From the NCBI GenBank assembly GCA_934378145.1, contig CAKXXW010000002.1:10426-74425 (forward strand): 64,000 nucleotides of DNA, given 5' to 3'. This DNA comes from an uncultured Eubacteriales bacterium. Its GTDB lineage: Bacteria > Bacillota > Clostridia > Oscillospirales > CAG-272. This document shows, piece after piece, positions 58,594 to 64,000 of the stretch (positions are counted from its first letter, which is position 1; each line of letters starts with the position of its first letter). The notes below the pieces were generated by a model. The model was not told where the DNA came from. It saw only the letters and a program-made list of their open reading frames with translations, and searched no databases. The position numbers and the translations under genes were made by a program.

Positions 58594-59135
58594 GCCGCAC
58601 GGCAAAAAAGACAAAGTGTATAGCGCTCTGTGCGCTCCTTGCGGCGCTCGGCGTCGCGGTGCTTTGGATAGGCTCGGTAATAGATGTGCTTGACCTCTCG
58701 GCGGCGATGTTTGCCTCGATCCTCACGGTCATTCCGGTCATAGAGTATAAAAAATACTGGCCGTGGCTGACCTACGGGGTGACTGCCGCGGCGGCACTTC
58801 TTCTCCTTCCGAACAAGCTGCCGGCGGTGATGTACCTGCTCGCCGGATACTACCCGATAGTCAAATCAAAGCTCGAAAAGCTCAGAAGACCGATCTTATG
58901 GACGCTGAAATTCCTGCTTTTCAATCTCTCGCTCGCCGTGACGGTGATCTTTTGCCGACTCTTTCTGCCTTCGGTCGATCTCTCACTCATTCCCGGGATC
59001 GGAGGCGTGTGGAACTATATGATACTCTTCGCCGTCGGGAACGGAATGTTCTTCCTCTATGATCTCATGCTGTCGAAGATGATCCTGCTCTATATCATAA
59101 AGCTCCGGAAAAAGCTCGGAATGAAAGACAACTAA
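58590..59135 (+). CDS. polytopic membrane protein, function unknown (last gene of the module)
   Basis: About 5 TM segments. ATGA overlap with the J-protein stop; followed by a terminator. Confidence 0.65.
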   Translation: MSRTAKKTKCIALCALLAALGVAVLWIGSVIDVLDLSAAMFASILTVIPVIEYKKYWPWLTYGVTAAAALLLLPNKLPAVMYLLAGYYPIVKSKLEKLRRPILWTLKFLLFNLSLAVTVIFCRLFLPSVDLSLIPGIGGVWNYMILFAVGNGMFFLYDLMLSKMILLYIIKLRKKLGMKDN

Positions 59136-59165
59136 AAAAAGCTCCGAAAAAATCGGAGCTTTTTT
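59134..59165. terminator. bidirectional rho-independent terminator
   Basis: A-run, AGCTCCGA-AAAAA-TCGGAGCT, T-run. Lies between the convergent module and the TIM-barrel gene. Confidence 0.85.
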
Positions 59166-59176
59166 AGTTGCTTAAA

Positions 59177-60145
59177 TTACGCCCAGCTCATGGTGCGGGG
59201 CTTATCCTCGGTCATTACGATGGGCTTCAGGAATTCGACAGCCTTCCGGAGTCCCTCGTCGATCGTCATAACGCTGTCCTCGTGTTCGATCGACAGCACT
59301 CTGTCGTATCCGCAGAGGCGGAGGTTCGATACAAGGTCACGCCAATAGGACTCGCCGTTTCCGTAGCCGACGGTGCGGAATACCCACGCGCGGTTAAGCT
59401 CGTCGCTGTAATGCTTCGTGTCAAGCACGCCGTTTGCCGCCGTGTTGTATTTGTCGATCTTCGTGTCCTTCGCGTGGACATGATAAATGGCACCCTTGAG
59501 GTAGCGCGCCGCGGCAACGGGATCTATTCCCTGCCAGATGAGGTGCGACGGATCAAGGTTCGCGCCAAGCACCGGGCTGACCTCGTTTCTGAGCTTCAGG
59601 CAGGTCTCGGGGTTATATACGCAGAAGCCGGGGTGCATCTCGAAGGCTATGTGAGTGACGCCGTGAGCCTCGGCAAAAGCGGCGGTCTTCTTCCAATAGG
59701 GTATCAGCTTCTCGCTCCACTGCCAATCGCGTATTTTGAGGAAATCCTCGGGCCACGGGCATGTGACCCAGTTCGGGTACTTTGAGCCTTCGCTGTCGCC
59801 GGGGCAGCCCGAAAATCCCACTACGGTGTCGATGCCGAGCTTCTCGGCAAGCAGAACGGCGTTTCTGAAATCCTTATCGTAAGCCGCCGCAGTCGCCTCG
59901 TCGGGATGTACGGGGTTTCCGTGTGCCGCGAGAGCGCAGATCTCGACATCAAATTTCTTGAAGGTATCGACGAAAGCGTTGAACTTCGCCGTATCGGCGA
60001 GAAGCTCTTCGGGGTTGCAGTGAGCCTTTCCGGGGTAGCCGCCGGCTCCCATTTCAACGGTATGTACACCGAGTCCGGTTATCGTTGTCAGCGATCCCTC
60101 AAGGGTCCTCGCCGCATAAAGATTTTCAAGTACACTGAGTTTCAT
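59177..60145 (-). CDS. xylose-isomerase-like TIM-barrel protein (sugar phosphate isomerase/epimerase family)
   Basis: Family pattern with metal-ligand-type residues (IAFEMHPG; DPSHLIWQG; HVHAKD; SIEHED). Confidence 0.8.
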   Translation of the reverse strand: MKLSVLENLYAARTLEGSLTTITGLGVHTVEMGAGGYPGKAHCNPEELLADTAKFNAFVDTFKKFDVEICALAAHGNPVHPDEATAAAYDKDFRNAVLLAEKLGIDTVVGFSGCPGDSEGSKYPNWVTCPWPEDFLKIRDWQWSEKLIPYWKKTAAFAEAHGVTHIAFEMHPGFCVYNPETCLKLRNEVSPVLGANLDPSHLIWQGIDPVAAARYLKGAIYHVHAKDTKIDKYNTAANGVLDTKHYSDELNRAWVFRTVGYGNGESYWRDLVSNLRLCGYDRVLSIEHEDSVMTIDEGLRKAVEFLKPIVMTEDKPRTMSWA

Positions 60146-60168
60146 ATGATCTTCCCTTTCTTATTGGT

Positions 60169-60567
60169 TTATTTTACCTCATAAATATATTCGCGGTTGC
60201 GGAGCGCCTCCATGATATTCCGCATTTCCGCCAGCGCAGCCGCTTTATTTTCGTATTTTCCGACCTGCACCTGCGTATTGACGCTCAAAACGCTTATGGC
60301 ATACGGCTCCTCACCCTTTTTTATGCGATATGCATGAGCGTGTACGAACGGAACGAGTCGCTTGCCGTCCTGCGACAGCACATACATGACAGCGCCGCCG
60401 GTACCGATATTGGCATTCTGCATGGCGTCATCAACGGCACTTTCAACAGCACTTTCAACGGCACTTTCAACAGCACCTTCGACGGTACTCTCTATCGAAT
60501 CGCAGAGGTCATCGAGCTTTTCGTTCAGCTCATCAATGGCTTCTTTAAGTTCGTTTATGTCACACAT
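60169..60567 (-). CDS. small protein of unknown function with (AVES)n repeat
   Basis: 132 aa: acidic helical N-terminus, AVESAVESAVESAV repeat, then a roughly 75-aa C-terminal domain. 5 nt after the upstream oxidoreductase stop and 23 nt before the TIM-barrel start. Confidence 0.6.
   Translation of the reverse strand: MCDINELKEAIDELNEKLDDLCDSIESTVEGAVESAVESAVESAVDDAMQNANIGTGGAVMYVLSQDGKRLVPFVHAHAYRIKKGEEPYAISVLSVNTQVQVGKYENKAAALAEMRNIMEALRNREYIYEVK
60431..60490 (-). repeat. five tandem copies of a 12-nt unit (TCAACRGCACTT-like) inside the small ORF
   Basis: Plus strand: tcaacggcactt tcaacagcactt tcaacggcactt tcaacagcacct tcgacggtactc. In frame, encoding the Ala-Val-Glu-Ser/Gly tetrapeptide repeat. 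Confidence 0.9.
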
Positions 60568-60573
60568 CTTAAT

Positions 60574-61671
60574 TCACTCCCTGTCAAATCTGTAAATATC
60601 TCCGGTCTTCGCGGAGGTGTAGATACCCTCAAGTATGCGGGTGACGACTATCGCCTGCTCGGGAAGGACAAAGGGATCCTTGTCGTTCACGACTGCGTTT
60701 ATCCAGAGCCTTGCCTCGCGGTCGGCGGGGCTTTCGCCCTTCACACCGTCAAAGTAAGCGGCTCCCTTTGCGTTCATATCGGGCTTCATGACATACTGAA
60801 GATTCTGCCGCACACCGTTGATACGCACGCCGTCAAGCATATCCGCGCCCGCCTTTGTTCCGCAGACAGTGGTTATGGCTTCACGCGTGTCAAGCATATT
60901 TATCGCCCACGAGGATTCAAGGTTTATCGTAGCACCGTTTTCCATCACGACGAAGCCGAACGCCGAATCCTCGACGGTGAACTTCGCGGGATCCCAGTTG
61001 CCCCACGCATTGCCCTGATCGATCGTATCGTTCAGCGCATGATAGGTCGTACCGACGCAGTATTTCGGCTTGTAGTTGTTCATAGTCCAGAGCGTGAGGT
61101 CGAGCGCATGCGTACCGATGTCGATAAGCGGACCGCCTCCCTGCTCGTACTCATTGAGGAACACGCCCCATGTCGGTACGGCACGGCGACGGAGCGCGGT
61201 TGCCTTCGCGTAATATATCTCGCCGAAAGTCCCCGCCTCGGCTTCGGCTTTGATAAACCTTGCGTCGGCACGCTGGCGGCTCTGATATCCGATCGTCAGC
61301 TTCTTTCCCGTGCGGTGCGCCGCGTCGAGCATCTTCTGAGCCTCGACCGAGTTTATAGCCATAGGCTTTTCGCACATGACATGCTTCCCTGCTTCGAGCG
61401 CATCGACGGTGATGAAGCTGTGGCTGCGGTTCGGGGTCAGCACATGAACGACATCAATGCTCTTGTCCTCAAGCAGCTCTCTGTAATCGGTGTAGACCGC
61501 GCAGTCTGGCGTGCCGTACTTTTCACGTGCCTTGAGCGCCTTTTCTTCGACAATATCACAGAAGGCGACCATCTTTACATTTTTGAGTTTTGAGAGCGCC
61601 GGCATATGTTTGCCGTTCGCTATCCCGCCGCATCCGATTATACCTACGCGGACCATGTTACTTGCATCCAT
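60574..61671 (-). CDS. Gfo/Idh/MocA-family NAD(P)-dependent oxidoreductase
   Basis: Rossmann N-terminus VRVGIIGCGGIANGKH and the EKP motif (MCEKPMA). Start set at MDASNMVRVG..., downstream of the promoter. Confidence 0.88.
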   Translation of the reverse strand: MDASNMVRVGIIGCGGIANGKHMPALSKLKNVKMVAFCDIVEEKALKAREKYGTPDCAVYTDYRELLEDKSIDVVHVLTPNRSHSFITVDALEAGKHVMCEKPMAINSVEAQKMLDAAHRTGKKLTIGYQSRQRADARFIKAEAEAGTFGEIYYAKATALRRRAVPTWGVFLNEYEQGGGPLIDIGTHALDLTLWTMNNYKPKYCVGTTYHALNDTIDQGNAWGNWDPAKFTVEDSAFGFVVMENGATINLESSWAINMLDTREAITTVCGTKAGADMLDGVRINGVRQNLQYVMKPDMNAKGAAYFDGVKGESPADREARLWINAVVNDKDPFVLPEQAIVVTRILEGIYTSAKTGDIYRFDRE

Positions 61672-61718
61672 ATTTTTCTCCTTTACAAAGTGCGGATTGA
61701 TTACCGCGGTTTGATTCA

Positions 61719-61746
61719 ATTATACCATACCGCGCGGATTTTTCAA
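61719..61746 (-). promoter_or_regulatory. putative sigma-A promoter (extended -10) for the oxidoreductase/small-ORF/TIM-barrel operon
   Basis: Minus strand: TTGAAA, 16 nt, TATAAT with TGG upstream. Confidence 0.55.
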
Positions 61747-61755
61747 TAGCCCGCA

Positions 61756-61789
61756 CAAAAAAACAGCAGGTTTTCCCTGCTGTTTTTTT
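61756..61789 (-). terminator. rho-independent terminator after the DD-carboxypeptidase gene
   Basis: Minus strand: CAGCAGG-GAAAA-CCTGCTG followed by T7; an A-run on the other side. Confidence 0.8.
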
Positions 61790-62912
61790 ATTTGATGTAG
61801 TTTTGGTATATATATATGCTGTCGGTATACGAGCTATTGCTATTACCCATGGTTACGACGGCAAAACGCTCACCCGAGGCATTCTTGCAGACCGAAACGA
61901 GGCAGTATCCCGACATATCCTCTTTGCCGCTCTTTCCGCCGAGGACGGTAACGCTTCCGAACTTCGGGCCGCCCTTGCCGGCAATATTAGTCAGGACAAG
62001 AGAGCTTATACTGCTGCATTTTTTGTAGCTTCCGACGCATTTCCACTGCTTTGTCGTGATGATATTCTCGCAGAGAGGATTTCTCAGCGCATATGTAAAC
62101 ATCGTCGCCACATCGCGCATACTCGAATAGTTCTGCCCTCCGTCATCCTTGCCGACGCAGTTGGTGAAATGAGTATTCGTCATTCCGAGGGCTGCCGCCT
62201 TCTCATTCATTTTTGCCGCGAATGCCTCCTCGCTGCCGGCGAAATGCTCGGCAAGTCCGTAGGCGGCATCGGCTCCCGATCGCAGGATAAGTCCGTACAG
62301 AAGGTCAACGACATAGACGGTATCGGCTGTAACGGCTCCCGCTTTTTCCGGGTCTGACAGGAACGCCTTGCTGTATCCCTTGAGCCGGTCGGAATATGTG
62401 AGATCGACCGCGTCACCGAGGCGAGCCTTGCCTCCAAGGTAATCGCAGGCAACGATGAGCGTCATAACCTTTGTCATAGAGGCTATCTGAACTCTCTGAT
62501 CGGGACTGTTCGCGTACAAAACCATTCCCGTGTCGATATTTGCGATAAGTGCCGCTTTCGAGCTTATCCCTGAAATAGAGACGATAGAGCTCGAATCGAC
62601 CGGACGGTAAAGGCTTTTTGATTCAGCAGGTACCGTGTTTTCGGGCAGCTCGGGCAGGTTCGGCAATGGTTTTACCGTCGGTGTATCGTTAGCACCGCCC
62701 GAGGACGAGTCTCCGGGTCTGACTACCGGCGGGGTATTTTTCGGTGCCTCGCAAAGTGCGATCGTCACGGCAACGATAAGAGAAAATAAAAGCAGAAGCG
62801 CCGAAACTATAAATATCAGCGACTGCGTATGTATTCCTTCGGCGCCTCCGTCGTTTTTGCGGATGACTATCCTGCTGCGACGCTCGGGTGCCTGCGTATT
62901 TTTTCCGTTCAT
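61788..62912 (-). CDS. serine-type D-Ala-D-Ala carboxypeptidase (peptidase S11), membrane-anchored
   Basis: N-terminal TM, SxxK (ASMTKVMT), SxN-like (RSGADAA) and KTG-like (GKSG) motifs. Start at MNGKNTQ.... Confidence 0.85.
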   Translation of the reverse strand: MNGKNTQAPERRSRIVIRKNDGGAEGIHTQSLIFIVSALLLLFSLIVAVTIALCEAPKNTPPVVRPGDSSSGGANDTPTVKPLPNLPELPENTVPAESKSLYRPVDSSSIVSISGISSKAALIANIDTGMVLYANSPDQRVQIASMTKVMTLIVACDYLGGKARLGDAVDLTYSDRLKGYSKAFLSDPEKAGAVTADTVYVVDLLYGLILRSGADAAYGLAEHFAGSEEAFAAKMNEKAAALGMTNTHFTNCVGKDDGGQNYSSMRDVATMFTYALRNPLCENIITTKQWKCVGSYKKCSSISSLVLTNIAGKGGPKFGSVTVLGGKSGKEDMSGYCLVSVCKNASGERFAVVTMGNSNSSYTDSIYIYQNYIK

Positions 62913-62940
62913 GTATTCCTCCGTATCCGAAACTGTATAT

Positions 62941-62969
62941 ATTTTACCACCCGAAGCCCGATATGTCAA
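62941..62969 (-). promoter_or_regulatory. putative sigma-A promoter for the DD-carboxypeptidase gene
   Basis: Minus strand: TTGACA, 17 nt, TAAAAT with an upstream TG. Confidence 0.6.
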
Positions 62970-63007
62970 GCAATTCGGCAAACAGTGCAAAAAATCGGCT
63001 GTTAATA

Positions 63008-63036
63008 TTGCGCGCAAGATAAAACTGTGCTATAAT
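63008..63036 (+). promoter_or_regulatory. putative extended -10 promoter for the alpha/beta hydrolase gene
   Basis: TTGCGC, 17 nt, TGcTATAAT. Confidence 0.45.
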
Positions 63037-63067
63037 ATCGGCAAACAACAATGTAAGGAGAACAGTT

Positions 63068-63898
63068 ATGATCCACGAAACCATCGGTATGTCGCCGGAG
63101 TTTCCCGAAGCGACTCTGACGACCTATGTCTACGAATATGCAAAAGATATGAAGCCGGGACCGAGGAGTGCCGTGATAGTCTGCCCGGGCGGCGGATACA
63201 GCAACCTTTCCGAGCGCGAGGCTGACCCGATCGTCACGGAATTTCTCGCCGCGGGATTCAATGTATTCCTTCTCCGCTATTCGGTCAAGGAAAACGCGAA
63301 GGACTACGCACCCCTGAAACAGGCTGCGCACGCGATCGCATATGTGCGTAAAAACGCGGAACAGTACAACATAAGGCCCGATCGCATCTTCATCTGCGGC
63401 TTCTCTGCGGGCGGACACCTTGCAGCATCGTCGGGAATACTCTGGAACTGCCCCGTCCTGAAAAAAGAATTCGAAGGCGAGCCGGAAGGCATCAACCGTC
63501 CCGACGGAATGATTCTTTCCTATCCCGTCATAACGGCGGGTGAATTCGCGCACAAGAATTCGATCCGTTATGTCTCGGGCAACCATGACTACGGAGAGGC
63601 TGAGATCGAAGAATGGTCGCTCGACAAGCATGTGGATGCCACAACGCCCCCTGCCTTCATCTGGCATACCTTCGAGGACAAGACCGTACCGGTGCAGAAC
63701 TCGCTCCTGCTCGCAGAAGCCCTCACCGCCGCCGGCGTGCATTTTGAGCTTCACATATATCCGGTGGGTCTTCACGGACTTTCGCTCGCGACCGAAGAGA
63801 CCGCAAACAGCAAGCCCGAATATATCCTTCCCTATGTGCAGGGCTGGATCGGGCGCGCCTGCGAATTCATAAAGAAATATCCCGTGTGGAGAGACTGA
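63068..63898 (+). CDS. alpha/beta hydrolase (acetyl esterase/lipase-like)
   Basis: Oxyanion CPGGGY, nucleophile elbow GFSAGGH, and C-terminal His region (YPVGLHGLS). Confidence 0.82.
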   Translation: MIHETIGMSPEFPEATLTTYVYEYAKDMKPGPRSAVIVCPGGGYSNLSEREADPIVTEFLAAGFNVFLLRYSVKENAKDYAPLKQAAHAIAYVRKNAEQYNIRPDRIFICGFSAGGHLAASSGILWNCPVLKKEFEGEPEGINRPDGMILSYPVITAGEFAHKNSIRYVSGNHDYGEAEIEEWSLDKHVDATTPPAFIWHTFEDKTVPVQNSLLLAEALTAAGVHFELHIYPVGLHGLSLATEETANSKPEYILPYVQGWIGRACEFIKKYPVWRD

Positions 63899-63905
63899 AA
63901 CATAC

Positions 63906-63948
63906 AAAAAAAGCAAGGCATCCGCTATCGCGGATGCCTTGCTTTTTT
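63906..63948. terminator. bidirectional rho-independent terminator
   Basis: 15-bp stem AAGCAAGGCATCCGC / GCGGATGCCTTGCTT with a 4-nt loop, plus A-run and T-run flanks. Confidence 0.88.
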
Positions 63949-63952
63949 AAGT

Positions 63953-64000
63953 TCAGTCTGCGATAACGCTGACCTGCTTTTTGCTCTTTGTCTTGTGCGT
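63953..64000 (-). CDS. 3' end of an unidentified minus-strand gene (truncated by the window end)
   Basis: Reverse frame reads ...THKTKSKKQVSVIAD-stop, ending just before the bidirectional terminator. The other two frames run through the hairpin. Too short to identify. Confidence 0.3.
   Translation of the reverse strand, partial: THKTKSKKQVSVIAD

Overview
GC-rich, very gene-dense chromosomal segment. It reads like core genome of a spore-forming Firmicute of the class Clostridia; this placement is inferred from gene order, the PdaA-type cortex deacetylase and the style of the proteins, not from any search. I call about 63 protein-coding genes, two of them truncated by the window edges. They sit in long co-directional arrays with many ATGA or GTGA start/stop overlaps.

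Recognisable blocks:
- pyrH-frr-uppS-cdsA-dxr-rseP-ispG (isoprenoid and envelope).
- An AraC regulator, a tandem class II aldolase and a divergent GH4 glycosidase.
- yebC, argS, ybaK, and then nusB-(TsaD-like)-xseAB-ispA-tlyA-nadK-argR.
- A polar amino-acid ABC transporter.
- A long repair array, miaB-ylbF-mutS-mutL-(small Cys protein)-(SDR)-(acyl-ACP thioesterase)-uvrB-uvrA.
- A metal-exporter, pdxK and CDF operon.
- nagA-(DUF975-like)-metG-tatD.
- A stand-alone EF-G paralog.
- Two polysaccharide deacetylases.

I found no rRNA, tRNA, CRISPR array, transposase, integrase, phage gene or recognisable defence system. Intergenic regions are short and mostly hold near-consensus sigma-A promoters and hairpin terminators.

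Four loci look most worth follow-up:
1. A translationally coupled five-gene module at 54.5-59.2 kb. It has two exported trigger-factor-like PPIases, a DUF5685-like Cys/Asp-rich protein, a J-domain protein with a C-terminal cysteine string, and a polytopic membrane protein.
2. An orphan 18-Cys protein at 53.1-53.9 kb, divergent from the spore-cortex deacetylase genes.
3. An oxidoreductase, small-ORF and TIM-barrel trio at 59.2-61.7 kb whose layout recalls 3-keto-glycoside and C-glycoside deglycosylation operons. Its small ORF contains an in-frame 12-nt tandem repeat.
4. Several housekeeping genes with unusual architecture: an ABC ATPase with an insert, a tandem aldolase with a degenerate half, and a 110-nt overlap between the TsaD-like gene and xseA.

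All functional calls come from reading motifs in the supplied translations. No database search was run.
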